Part shown: in pieces, positions 39,226-51,933 of the stretch
Numbering within the stretch: position 1 is the first letter of the stretch
Layout of the letters: every line of letters starts with the position of its first letter
Assembly (NCBI RefSeq): GCF_001194135.2
Contig: NC_069006.1
Location: forward strand, 6,599,793 to 6,663,792
Source: Octopus bimaculoides
Taxonomy: Eukaryota
Direction of reading: 5' to 3'
DNA: 64,000 nt
The notes under the pieces: generated by a model
Seen by the model: only the letters and a program-made list of their open reading frames with translations
Database searches by the model: none
Told to the model about the DNA's origin: nothing
Made by a program: the position numbers and the translations under genes

Positions 39226-39648
39226 CAGGCGCAGGAGTGGCTGTGTGGTAAGTAGCTTGCTTCCCAACCACATGGTTCTGGGTTCAGTCCCACTGCGTGG
39301 CACTTTGGGCAAGTGTCTTCTACTATAGCTTCGGGCCGACCAAAGCCTTGTGAGTGGATTTGGTAGACGGAAACTGAAAGAAGCCCGTCGTATATATGTA
39401 TATATATATATATGTATGTGTGTGTATGTGTTTGTGTGTCTGTGTTTGTCCCCCCAGCTTTGCTTGACGACCGATGCTGGTGTGTTTGCGTCCCCGTAGC
39501 TTGGCGGTTCGGCAAAAAGAGACCGATAGAATAAGTACTAGGCTTACAAAGAATAAGTCCTGGAGTTGAGTTGCTCGACTAAAGGCGGTGCTCCAGCATG
39601 ACCACAGTCAAATGACTGAAACCAGTAAAAGAGTAAAGAGTAAAGAGT
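39226..39648 (+). mobile_element. Family A SINE, near-intact and CpG-retaining (reference copy)
   Basis: A-box-like gtggctgtgtgg, B-box-like ggttcagtccc, CORE-like ctttgggcaagtgtcttct, internal (TA)(TG)n, tail (taaaagag)n; probably one of the described octopus tRNA-derived SINEs (OK/OR1/OR2), name unverified. Confidence 0.96.
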
Positions 39649-40298
39649 ACACATACATACATTTGTGTATACATGATCAGGAACCTCCTTGGTGAAAATC
39701 TTAACTACATCCATGTTTGTGCTCAGGCTGTTATTATACCCATGAAAATCTACTACTACTACTATTACTACTACTTATTTGTCATAAAAAATTATTGAAA
39801 CTGAATGAAATAAATATTTATTTTTTTAGTTCAATGTCTTTGTGTACATTGGTACTGACACACAAAAACATACATATATATATATATATATATACACACA
39901 TACATACATATATATACACACACCAACACACACACTTAGCTATACTCACATACACACATGTAACTGGCAGCTGATAATACAGGAAGACTAAAATGTTTTA
40001 GTTTGCAAAGAAAAAAAAAGAGAAAAGGAAAAGGGTAAATAGTCTAAGACATTTTTTTCATCAAAACTAATAATATATTGATTTTTATTCTAAGAACAAG
40101 ACCAGAAATTAGTGGGAATGGTGGAAGTGGTCAATGATTAAATCTATTTCAATCGACAGGTACTTATTTAGCAACACTGGCGAAGTTGACCTTGGAGAAA
40201 TTTGAATTCACAATGCAAAGTATTTTGACCACCTCTAATTCCACACTACCCTTGCCTTCACTACAGGTAATATGTAGAGCAAACGAAAAGGCATCCAT

Positions 40299-40492
40299 CA
40301 GTGATTCTCAGCCACAACTCCCAGCGCCTCATGTGGCCCTCAAGCATCCTACCAGCAGCCCTTAACAGTCTTCCCTCTATGAATATAATAAATTTTTCTT
40401 TGACTCATGTTTTGCTTTTTTTTGGTGCAGCCCGCCTAAAAAAATCCAGACTTTAGACGTGGCTTGGATAATAAAAATGTCAAGAACCACTG
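40299..40492. mobile_element. hAT (Charlie-like) MITE, decayed
   Basis: TIR-like ends cagtgattctcagcc / tgtcaagaaccactg; internal atgtggccc and gcagcccg motifs; TSD not conserved. Confidence 0.55.
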
Positions 40493-40494
40493 CA

Positions 40495-40712
40495 CTATAG
40501 AGTTGTTTTACTTTCTAGAAATAACAACCAAACCTCCCTCAAACTATATCTTGCCATCATATGATGGGACACATTAGGAAATATCCAAAGTACAGTATTC
40601 CGAAAACAAAAATGGTGTAGCCATAGTTGGAATGGGGTGACTACCCTAATTGAGGATGACAGCAATTAATAGCATAGTAAATACCTCTTTACCTTTTACA
40701 ACAACAACAACA
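40495..40712 (+). mobile_element. Family D repeat
   Basis: tttctagaaataacaaccaaacctccctcaaac...gggacacattagg...acaacaacaacaacaa. Confidence 0.65.
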
Positions 40713-40787
40713 AGTTAATGGAGTTGTTGGGGACACACATAATTAGTAATATGTTGTTTCCAGTCCCAGACAATATTTGAGTCTAGT

Positions 40788-41001
40788 AAGCCAGTGAGCT
40801 GGCAGAAACGTTAGCACTCTGGGTGAAACGCTTAGCGGTATTTCATCTGCCTTTACGTTCTGAGCTCAAATTCCACCAAGGTCAACTTTGCCTTTCATCC
40901 TTTTGGGGTTGATAAATTAAGTACTGGTTGTGTACTGGGGTTGAAATAATCGATTGGCATCCTCCCCAAAAATTTTGGGCCTTGTGCCTAAAGGAGAAAG
41001 G
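40788..41001 (+). mobile_element. Family B SINE (AGAAAAGA-like tail) with 16-bp TSD
   Basis: aatatttgagtctagt at 40772-40787 and 41002-41017. Confidence 0.94.
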
Positions 41002-41059
41002 AATATTTGAGTCTAGTTTCATTTCTGTGCCTTAGGGTCAATAAATTCAATAAAAACCA

Positions 41060-41255
41060 ATTATTGGTATTGAACCCCAAGTTTACCCTAATCAAGCAGA
41101 ACTATTATCAAAGATATTATAGCCATGATCATCTCAATGTTTACTTCCATGCAAAATGGCATCCTGGACAGCATTGTCTCTAATATCCAGTGTGTCCTTC
41201 ATTTTAGGGAATAAGACAAAGTACTAAGCATAAGATCTGGCTGTTATTTATAGTA
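41060..41255 (-). mobile_element. Family D repeat, decayed
   Basis: ccccaagtttaccctaatcaagcagaac...gccatgatcatc...tccagtgtgtccttc. Confidence 0.55.
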
Positions 41256-41844
41256 GATTGGTGGACCACCACAGCAAGTCTTTCTAAACTGGCCAATACA
41301 CTTTTAATAAAAAAAAATTTTCCATGATGCCTTAATTACGTTTTGTTAACAGCATAAAATTAGTGAAATTAATTAATGAATAATCAAATATCCTGTCTCT
41401 TGTCATCAGTTACAAGTTTAATTAGCATTCACAGTTATCAGAACTCAAATATACTTCACAGGTCAATCTTGTCATACTGATCAGATGTGACTAAAACTGG
41501 ATGCTAAAGAGACAAAGATTGCTGGCAACCTACGCCAGTGTAGCATCACAGTTTGGAAACCTCTTTTGAAGAAGCTTGTCTGTTTGTTCCTATCATAAGA
41601 ACCAGTGTAGTTGTAGTGAGGTTGACCCAACTGAAGCTGATGAAAACAAGTCTTTAAGCTCTGTTAATTTAGGACAAGAAGAATATAGCATTAAATCTTA
41701 AGTAGATTTGATAGAAGTCAGATACTGGAGATCACAGAAAGACTTTAGTGACCAAGCTGTAAGGCAACTGGACAAAACTGGTTGAACTGGACAAATGGTG
41801 AATACATAACCTCCACACAAAGATTTTTACATATGTATATATAT

Positions 41845-42065
41845 CTTCATCATTATTTAATGTCCATTTTCCATTTTGGCAAGGGTTGGATGGTTTGGCA
41901 GGAGTTGACAAGCCAGAGAGCTGCACCAGGTTCCAATTGTCTCTTTTGGCATGGTTTCTACAGCTGGATGCCCTTCCTAATGCCAACCGCTTTTCAGAGT
42001 GTGCTGGGTGCTTTCTACGTGGCACCTGCACAGTGCTTTTTATGTGGCACTGGCACAGGCGTTTA
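41845..42065 (-). mobile_element. RTE-tail element
   Basis: catcattatttaatgtcc...gggttggatggtttg...gctggatgcccttcctaatgccaacc...gtggcacc. Confidence 0.92.
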
Positions 42066-42377
42066 TATATCTTCAGAATATATATAATATGCATGTGTGT
42101 GTGTAAGCATTTTTTCAAAGAAATGTAAAGGTCCTTTTAGTTGCTACTGTTGAAGCCTGCTGTCAGTGCATCAAGCCACAAAACTGACAGATCGATTGCC
42201 CTGACACTGTTATTGTTGTTGTTGCTGCTGCCTGCTGTCATCACTATTTTTACTCCAACAACCCTTCTTACAACAAACAGACATGGAAACACTGTTACAA
42301 GCTTTCATAAAATGATCAATAGAATGTAAAATCCAAGTAAACTACTCAGAGAGTAACAACAAAAATAACCAAGTGCA

Positions 42378-42387
<10 letters not shown>

Positions 42388-42424
<37 letters not shown>

Positions 42425-42490
42425 GACAGACAGAGAGAAAGAGAGACAGACAGAGAGAGAGAGAGACAGACAGACAGACACAGAGAGAGA
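42388..42490. repeat. Compound (AG)n/(ACAG)n microsatellite
   Basis: direct reading. Confidence 0.95.
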
Positions 42491-42984
42491 CTGTACACAC
42501 TTGCGTGTGCATGTAAAGACATATACAGATCTTTATTTTTCACGTTTGTATATATGTTTGTATGTGCAGGTGTTTATGTATATTTGCATTTAGATGTGCA
42601 TGGGTGTGCAATTTTAGGTTTTTAAGTTTTATTGCTACTCAACCTTTAAAAGCAAGCCTTGTATTACACACACAGTGTCCAGTAACTACATCTGTCTATT
42701 TGATCACATGCTGACTGGTTAACTGACTGAAGTCGATGTTGGTGAGATGTCATTCATCATGCATTGTACAAATCCATGAGGTGACAGACCAACCATTCCT
42801 TGCAATGTAACACTCAAGCACCTGTTTATCAGTGCATCTGTTTGCTGTTGTTTCTCCACTGCCTAACCCCACTCCCCTATAACAGTCTAATCTAACGTCA
42901 GTGAGAAGCAGTGATATGTTACAATATGCTCTGCAATTGAATGTGCAAAGATGCTTTTATTTGTTAACATTTTCCTGATCAAGA

Positions 42985-43550
42985 GCAAACGTTTTTGTGT
43001 ACATTACAAGATTTTTGTACACACTATATACTCTTGTTCATTATACACTACATGTTTTTATACACTATGTAGCTTTCTACACAGTACATGATTTTACATG
43101 ATACATGTTTTTGTACACACTAAAATACAAATACATGTTTTCATTCCCTTTGCTCTACAGATTTTTAGCATAATATACATTGCATATTTTGTATGGTAAA
43201 CTCTACATGTACTATATATTACATTTTTAAACACACTTCACTGCATGTTTTTGTTTACTACACACTATAAATTTTTCAAAACACTACATGTTTTGCACCC
43301 ACTAGAATACATGCTTTTGTGCCCAACACAGTTTTGCATAATATACACAACATATTTTGTATGGTACAGCCTACAGGTTTTCTACACAATATACAATACA
43401 CTATATGTTATTGTACACACTTCACTACATGTTTTGTACATTATGCTCTCCGTGTTTTTAAAGACACAAGTTTTTCTATACTATACATTACATGTTTCTG
43501 TACAAACTTCACAACATACATAACATTTTTCTTGCACTTGCACTTATATT
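42985..43550. repeat. Highly degenerate minisatellite, ~19-bp unit (acactacatgtttttgtac-like)
   Basis: repeated tacatgtttt and tacacact motifs across ~560 bp. Confidence 0.75.
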
Positions 43551-43865
43551 GATACATTACAGTTGCTTGAGAGGAGCTGTTTAACCATATCTCAGTGTAC
43601 ATGCATTATCTAGGTATCTCTAGAAATGACAATAGCAGCTAGTGTTATGATAGCTCTGCATTAATTTTGTTATCAAGTTTGTTGATGTTGTAGACAACAC
43701 AATTGAATTAACTGAAATCAGACATTATTCACCACTAATTTCATATCTGTTCACTGTTGGCAATTCAGCATTACTTCAGATTTTCTAGATTTTCTACACA
43801 CTGATGTATATAAACTATATTGGTTCTTGCAGTTTTTAAGGAGAGAAAACAAGAACAGTGTCACT

Positions 43866-44062
43866 GTCTTTTTATCTTTTACTTGTTTTAGTCATTGGAA
43901 TGCAGCCATGCTGGGGCACTGACTTGAAGAATTTTAGTCAAATGAATTGCCACCTCAGAACGTAATTCTTTTTAAGCCTAGTATTTATTTTATCAGTCTC
44001 TTTTGCTGAACTGCTAAACTACAGTGACATAAACACACCAACATCAGTTGTCAAGTGGTGAC
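43866..44062 (-). mobile_element. Family A SINE, 3' half
   Basis: ttttacttgttttagtcattggaatgcagccatgctggggcac...ctgctaaactacagtgacataaacacacc. Confidence 0.9.
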
Positions 44063-44344
44063 TTTGATAAGAATTACATCCTTATTAATGTTTGCTTCAA
44101 CATTTAATTTTTAAAACAATTGGCAATATATCACTCACGAGACCTTCTTTTCTTTTTAGAATGTGTATAGGGCTGGTCTTGAAGACAAAAGGAGATTGAG
44201 AAAGAAATGCAAGGAAGCAGGATTATGGCCAGGCCTGTCTGTCTGTCCAATATTGGTCTTATCAGCAACAAGCAACCCTGTAGATGACATGGATAGACCT
44301 CTTCATGAATCTCCATTGAGAAAGCCAAGCTATAATTATATATA

Positions 44345-44704
44345 TATATATAGTGAATCCAAACAAAGAACAAACACGTAAAAACAATAATGCGAGGACG
44401 TGGTACAAGTACTGTATTATCAGACGCTCAGGAAAGGAAGGAAAAGGGATTTAACGTTTCGAGCCATAGTACTTCTTCAGAAATAGAGGAAAGTCCAAAG
44501 GAAGGGAAGACGGAAGAAAATTGCCAATGATACACACATGGTGTGTGGTCCGAAATGGTCATGACGTCTGGTACTTGACTGAAGAAAGAAAGCCAAGAAT
44601 GACCCGTCTTTTTTGCCTGTCCTTCTAATTGTTGTTTCTCTTGTCCGCCTTTGTGTCATCTATCTGTCTGAACGTTTTAATGCCCTCTATTGCGTTTTTG
44701 TTAC

Positions 44705-44710
<6 letters not shown>
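44345..44710. mobile_element. Penelope-like-element-derived non-autonomous relic
   Basis: ggacgtggtacaagtactgtattatcagacgctcagg...ttaacgtttcgagc...tcttcagaaa; hammerhead-type core typical of PLE termini; family identity from memory. Confidence 0.6.
44449..44484 (-). ncRNA. Minimal type I hammerhead ribozyme motif (degenerate stem II)
   Basis: minus strand AUUU-CUGAAGA-AGUACUAUGGCUC-GAAA-CGUU-AAAU: both core boxes, 4-bp stem I, palindromic ACGU in place of stem III. Confidence 0.55.
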
Positions 44711-44742
<32 letters not shown>

Positions 44743-45194
44743 TCATACATCATGACAAAGAAATATAACAAGAACTAAAGTGATAGTAATGAAAGTAAGA
44801 GTAACATAATAAGCTATTTTGCAATGAGGATGAGAACAGGTATTACATAAGGAAAACGTGAAATTTCCTATTAAACATTAGAAATTAGATTGTTAGGAAA
44901 TACACTTTGATTCATTTGATAGCAAATGATTTTATTTGAACTTAATAGCAAGATAGGTGAAGGCAATATAACTATAAAAGCAAGTAGCTAATGGATTTAT
45001 ATATCAAATATGAAATAAAAGAAGCAAATACTAGTGGACTGGGAGACTGACAGGTAGAAATGAAATTGGTGGTTGTGTGTGTGGAAGTGGGGAGGGTAAA
45101 TAGAGATATCAATTTTAGTTGAATCAGAAATATGTATATATATAAAAAAAAAAGAAACATATAGAGATGCAAAAATAAATTTAAAAAAAAAAAA

Positions 45195-45258
<64 letters not shown>

Positions 45259-45426
45259 TTTTCAATATATTTAGAAATGAAAGTTTCAGATAAAGGAGAT
45301 AGAAACAAAATATGTCAAAGAAAAAAAATAGAAGGGAATGAGAGATGATTCTGAATAAAAAATATTAGCAAAAATGTGATATCCAGCACAGGAAAGAAAT
45401 TTATGTTTGAAAGAAGTAGCATCAGT

Positions 45427-45427
45427 T

Positions 45428-45474
<47 letters not shown>

Positions 45475-45499
45475 AATAATAATAATAATAATAATAATA
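45427..45499. repeat. (GAT)n(AAT)n compound trinucleotide repeat
   Basis: direct reading. Confidence 0.97.
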
Positions 45500-47739
45500 G
45501 ACAAGTAGGAAGGAGGATATGGAGAAGAAGAGTAGCAGACAAAAGCGGAAGGAAGGAAGGCAGGGAGAAAAAGCAATTGCAGACAGAGATGTTGTATTGA
45601 TAAAAATAAGAATTAAGTTAAAAGTGTAGAATGAAAGAAGTGGCAACAGAAGCAGCAATGAAAGATGTAGCATCAAATGTTGAAATTTTCTTTTGAAATA
45701 AAAAAAAAAAATCTGAGTGAAAAATCTTCCATTTCACTGAAGAGAAAGAAAAGCAGTCCAAAAAAATGTTTCAAAAAAAAAAAGTAAATAAATAAATCAA
45801 TGTGGTGGGGGTGACCATTATTAATAATAAAAGGTACATATCAAAGAATTTCTTTTGTAAAGAAGTACCCATTGCATATTCAAATGTGTAACTTGAAAAA
45901 TACATACATGTTGCTTTGTTTAAGAATAGAATCTCTATTTTGTTTTAATGGTCTAAATACCCTCTCTCTGTCTCTGTCTGTCTTTCTCTCTCTCTCTCTC
46001 CCACCTCACCCTTTTTGAGACATTCCTTCTCAGACTTCTTTCATATTTGCTATGTCTGACCTCTCAACACAAGCAAATCAATGAAACTGTTCTCCGTCAT
46101 AATGAAAAAAAAAAAATGAAAAAAAACTAAACAGAGAAAATAAAATAAAATAAATCTGTCTCATCCTTGTCATCACCATCACCATCATCATCATCTTTAT
46201 TACTACTACTACAAAGTTGTAATAGTAGTAGTAGAGGAGGAGGAAGAGGGGGTGGTTATAGTTGAAATATTGAAATATTTGCTAATGCCAATAATGTCTT
46301 ATACTCTGGAAATGAAGACATATTCATTGGTATTCTTCCTTTGACAACAAATGTGAACAGAGAAAATAGATCTTTTTCTCTTTGTTTGAGTGTAAACTAG
46401 CATTTAATAATTCAGACTGAAAGCAAAATGGTTAGTAAATAAAGTAGAAGAAAAGAAAATTTAAATATTTTCACATTTAAACAGATATCAAATTTTAATA
46501 AACAAAAAACTGGCATCAGTAGTTTTTTTTTATAAAAATATAAAATGTCTTTAAAGTTTTAAAATATAAACTTGTCCTATGGGACAAATATAACTTACAA
46601 GCCACCCTGTCTTTTTTTTTTCCTTTGCATTTTGTTTTACTGTTGTTAACAAGTGTTCAATAACACCTGCTGCTCACTTGTTCTTACATAAGATGGGCAA
46701 ATCATTCACAATTTCATGATGAAAATGCATTAAATATGCTGATCTTCTACTTTGATCTATGATAAATGATTCAAGAGCACCTTGCTTGCTTTTATTCTTA
46801 TTGTACCCTGCTATTATATATGGCTTAGGCAGAGAAAAACAAAATCCATAAGGTGGGGGGGGGGATATCACACACACACACACTGAAATAACAACTAGCA
46901 ATCATCAGCCTCCACCCCCACCCCACCTCCAACAAATTAGAAACTGTTGATAAATCAATATTCTGCTTTATTGCAGCTTCAAAATTATTTATTTTCAAAT
47001 CAAGCTCTTATTAGCAAATATGATACTTGGATAATTTGCTATTATATGCATCTGTAGTTTCCCATTAACTGCTAAAGAAATATTCCGGATGACAGTCGTA
47101 CTTTGGTAAGCTATAGTGACTTGTATAGTTTTCCAATTCCAAATATTTGCAGAAATGTCAGAACAAATATTTTACAGTTAGATGCTTTTGTTGTACCAAT
47201 CACTTAAAGAGAGAAAACAGCGTTTCAGGTTTTGGATTGCTTAACTTATTTAGAGAGAATATTTACTAAGATTAAATTAACAATAGAAAATGATGATAAA
47301 AACATGAATAACAACTGTGATGGTTTCCTATAAGGTCACAAATTTATAGAAGGCAGAATTGAAATTGTGTAATTTACATACTTTTTCTCAAGAGTATTGA
47401 TAGTGTAAGGGAAGTGAATTAATTTACTTCAACTAGGAACAAAAACCAACTTACAGACTTTGTTCACACAGAGCTTAAATAGACTTGCTATAATGGCATT
47501 TATCACAATAGCAACAATAATCAAGCTCTCCCTCTCTATACACTCTGGCAACCTTGACACCTCATCACTAGCATCTTTATCTCTCTTTCCAGCTTCACAC
47601 AGATTAGTCCCATCTACTCGTGTATAATGTCAACAGCTATGTATTTCCTTCACAACAAAATACCTACTTCAGGCCCTTCCTCCATACTCCAACATTTCAT
47701 CACCAACATAAAGCTACCTCCCTCTCTACTGTAGCTCCA

Positions 47740-47880
47740 CTCAGTTGATGGGGCTCTTACACTTGCAAGCTATATGGTGAGCTCTCTAGTGCTGATGCCA
47801 CGAAAATAGTACCTAATACACTCTGTAAAATGGTTGGTGTTACAAAGTGCAACCAACCATAAAGAAAATATGGTGAAGTA
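47740..47880 (+). mobile_element. RTE-tail element, decayed
   Basis: tagtgctgatgccacgaaaatagtacctaatacactctgtaaaatggttggtgttac. Confidence 0.55.
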
Positions 47881-50109
47881 CATTGTGTGGTGTTGAAACA
47901 GATTTCCTAATAGAAGGACACCACTGAGAGCCAATCAATGAATCTTACAGATCTAAGATTATACTAACTTCTCTTATCAGTGGCCAGCCTACAGTGACAT
48001 GCTAAGAATCATCCTTTGTTGCCACTAGACAGAGGAAAACTGCCTCCCTTCTCAACCAAAGGAGGACAGTAAGGTATTCTGCATGATTTTTCTCAGTTGA
48101 TAACCAGGTTTGTCCTCTGTATGTTTCAACAGCTGTTCAACATAGCCCCCAAGCCCAAGTCAACAACACTTGGGCACAAGACAGAGTTCATATCTCAAAG
48201 TCAGCTGGGAAAAGCTGGTCAACTAATTTTCATTGGCTCCACTTGGAAAGGAATGTGGGAGGGAGAAGAGGGAAGTGCTGCTCTCCAGACAACACAACAG
48301 TTCTATAGACAACTGGCATGAAACTGCAAAGAAAAAATAAAATGTTCCTTTGCCTTTCTTAGGCAGTAGTCAATTTTTTTTTTCCTTTTGTCACAGTGAT
48401 TGATTACAGATTGTGGATATTACATTAAGTTAACTCACAGTTATATTAATGATGTAAGGTAGTGAAAAGATTATCATCAAACACTGAAGTTAGATGTGCA
48501 GACTTGGTTCAACAAGGACATCCATCATAAATCAGGGAAGTGAGTGGTTACACACATATACATATATACACACATATGCCTATATATACACATACGTATA
48601 TGAAATTAGTGTGAAACAAGTGAGAAGTAGAATATGAATTTCTAATTTAAAAGTATGTCTCTGTTGCACTTTAGATAAACTGATAAAGTAGTGAAAGTGA
48701 AATTGTAAGCCCTGTTATGTTTTTGTTGATTTAATTTTATTAAAGTGAACAAAAGCCAACCTATTGTAGGGAGTCGCAACATATGAATACTACATCTCAC
48801 CGAAAATGGATACTATTTGTTTGGAGAAACAACAACCAAGATATAGTCATTGAGACTAGCTGGACTGCAGCTGTTTAAGGGGTCACAAAATGGCCAAGAG
48901 ATGATTGTGTTATTGATATTTTGTGTGAAAGTAGTAAATAAAGTAGCATAGTGTTTTCTTCTTAGCCAGGGAAATTTAGCTTCAATTGAAATTGAACAAT
49001 ATTAATAGTATTTTATGTTCATTTTACAACTCGTAAACATGATGAGGTGTGTACACAACTGTTTGATTGTGCAAGTAAATTAGTTTCATTAATCTAATTT
49101 TGGAGACAATTTGAATGAACATTTTAACTAAAAGAGAAAAAGAAATTACACAGCTATCTTTTCTGATGGTTTTATAGTATTTGAGCAGAAATAGAAGCAA
49201 AGTACATTGTTTGGGTCTGGGTAAAAGTTCAACGGCAAAGACACTTGATTTCATCTGACGATACCAACAGAAAGAAATTTACTTTTGACTAATGTATAAT
49301 AAGAAGCACTTTTCTATACAAAAGGCTGAAATGATATTCTTATGGTTAGAATATGAATAAAGAGATTGAAATCAGTTTTATGAGATGACTAATCAAAATG
49401 ACATATTTCAAAATATAAACAATATTAGTACAGCATGGTGGTGAGGTGGAAGGGTGGGAAATAAAATTTAACAAATCATAGATTCTAATTCAAACTATTC
49501 AACTAACAAGTAACTTACATTCTAACCAATACCAGACGAAATGATCTAAATATCAGTAACAATACTTCTGTCAAGAGTAGAGAATTATATATTAAATGTA
49601 TTCTATCAGTAAATTCAAAAGTATATTGATAGAAATTTGGTTAGTATTCAGAGACTGAATAATTTACAGCACCCACAAGCTAATCTTTCTGAAAGCAACA
49701 GGACAAATCAGATAAGAACATTAAAGATGCACGGTGCTTTAATGTATCAGAAAGTGCATCGTGTTTGGATAAAAGCTGAAGTAGATAAACTGAATAAGTC
49801 ATCGTTACAAGTAGAAGCATTGGCAGCCCTGTGAGAAAGTGTGTGTAAATACAAGCACATTCACACAAAGAGATACAAATACATATGTCTCTCTCCCTTT
49901 CACTATATATATATATATATATNNNNNNNNNNNNNNNNNNNNNNNNNNNNNNNNNNNNNNNNNNNNNTATATATATTTATATATATATATATATATATAT
50001 ATTTATAAACATATACACACATATATACATACCATACATGCATACAAATACAACCCTATAGCTCTTACATACATCACACATACCTCTAGTTAGATGAACA
50101 GATATAGTT

Positions 50110-50565
50110 ATCTATCACACACAGGTTTGATCGATTTAACAATCACTAAACACTGATTGATCTCTATACACCAATTGACCCTTAAACATGATCAGTCAGT
50201 CAATCTCACCAATCAAGTAGGTTGAAAACTGCAGACTGATGAGTCACTACAGAGTGGTTGCTTAATCAATCACTACAAACCAATTGATCTCTACTTATCA
50301 ATCAATTGGTTGATCTGTACATGCTAATCTCACTATGTATTAGTTGGTGACTAGAGACTAATTGAGTGACCACTCCCTACAAGCTGATCAATCAGTCAAT
50401 CACTACAAACTAATCAAGCAGTCAATCACAGCAAACTGATCAATCAGTTTTTCAGGGCACACTGATCGGTTTGATGATCTTTACTACATACTGATCAGAT
50501 TATTAATTGCTATACAGTGATAAGTTGCTGCAGGCTGATCAATAGCTACACATTGATTGATCATT
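50110..50565. repeat. Degenerate TGATCA/CAATCA-rich repeat (continues at 51160-51500)
   Basis: recurring caatcactacaaactgatcaatcagt-like units in both orientations. Confidence 0.7.
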
Positions 50566-50577
50566 TTCCATACCTTT

Positions 50578-51158
50578 ACCTTTTACGTGTTTCAGTCATT
50601 AGACTGTGGCCATGCTGGGGCATTGTCTTGAAGAAATTTTGTCAAGAGATTTTCCCCTGGTACTTATTTCTTTTTCTTAAGCCTGGTACTTATTTGATTG
50701 ATCTCTTTTGCTGAAGAGCTAAGCTATGGGGATGTAAACAAACCAACATTGGTTGTGAGATAGTGGTGGGAGACAAACACACACATGATGGGTTTCTTTC
50801 AGTTTCTGTTCACTCACAAGGCTACTGTAGGAGACACTTGCCCAAGGTGCCACTCAGTGGAACTGATCCTGGAATCATGGGGTTGGGAAGCAAGCTTCTT
50901 ATTTCATTATTACCCACAAGGGGCTAAACATAGAGGGGACAAACAAGGACAGACAAAGGGATCAAGTCGATTAGATCGACCCCAGTGTGTAACTGGTACT
51001 TAATTTATCGACCCCGAAAGGATGAAAGGCAAAGTTGACCTCGGCGGAATTTGAACTCAGAACGTAACAGCAGGCAAAATACCACTAAGCATTCCGCCCG
51101 GCATGCTAACGTTTCTGCCAGCTCACCGCTTCTTACCACACAACCATGTCTGCACCCA
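50578..51158 (-). mobile_element. Family A SINE interrupted by family B SINE (50894-51127)
   Basis: ggttgggaagcaagcttctta [B, AAGAA-tail variant] gcttcttaccacacaaccatg; TSD gcttctta at 50894-50901 and 51128-51135. Confidence 0.93.
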
Positions 51159-51893
51159 TATTCTGATCAGCTGCTATAGACTAATAGTTCCTAAAGGAAC
51201 CCATACTGTTCCCCATACAGGGAGGATGAGGGTGGGGCATTAAGACCCAAGATGGTGGTAACAAGCAATACATTTAAGTTTAATTATAGCCTCTACCTTT
51301 AGTACAGAGAGATGAAAGTCAGGGCAGTAGTAAATATCCGGATGTTTTAGATGGCTTTCATTGCTATAGACCAATCAATCGATTAGTAGTGACTGGCTGA
51401 CTGCTCACACTCTACTGATTAATTTATAGACAGAGATAAATAAACCTGTTGATTTATATAGACAGATAATGATAGAGTGATCAACCGATTGATAGATTTG
51501 AGCCACATGAATAAAACAAAGATGTTGATGTAAAACATTAAATCTTTTTTGGCCCAGTCCACCTAGCGGTATGTAGATGCAGGTAGATAGGGTATTATTA
51601 ATAAGTGCTGCATCTTGCCAGGTTTCATGTTGTGAGCTCAACTGTCTCATGGACATAGCTTGAGGGGTGTTGACCAAAGATGATTTACTGAGGTCTCTGC
51701 AACCCAATAGGTTGTGGTACTCACATTCACAATAGTTGGATATGTGTGTGTGTGTGTGTGTGTGTGTACATACACAGTTGTATTTTATTAATTTAATGTT
51801 TTAATAAAGAATCTCTACTTTTACTAATTCAGTAGAGTATATAGTCCTCTTTGGGTTTCTTGTCTCCCTGATCTTTGATTCAAGAATTTTCAT

Positions 51894-51929
<36 letters not shown>

Positions 51930-51933
<4 letters not shown>

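Noticed and set aside
44163-44381. ORF MYRAGLEDKRR... after a strong acceptor
   Set aside because: Runs into (TA)n with no donor; no recognisable homology.
44579-44600. Second hammerhead (CTGAAGA on plus strand)
   Set aside because: No correctly spaced stem II and GAAA box.
45427-45499. Poly-Asp/Asn coding repeat (ORF 45376-45600)
   Set aside because: Simple trinucleotide microsatellite in low-complexity purine-rich flanks, with no splice or homology support.
48097-48321. ORF or exon after a good acceptor (tttcaacag|, ~48130)
   Set aside because: Two frames are open, neither recognisable, and there is no good donor before the stops.
49720-49770. gatgcac...gtgcatc hairpin as a miRNA
   Set aside because: Stem is short and bulged; no recognisable miRNA sequence.
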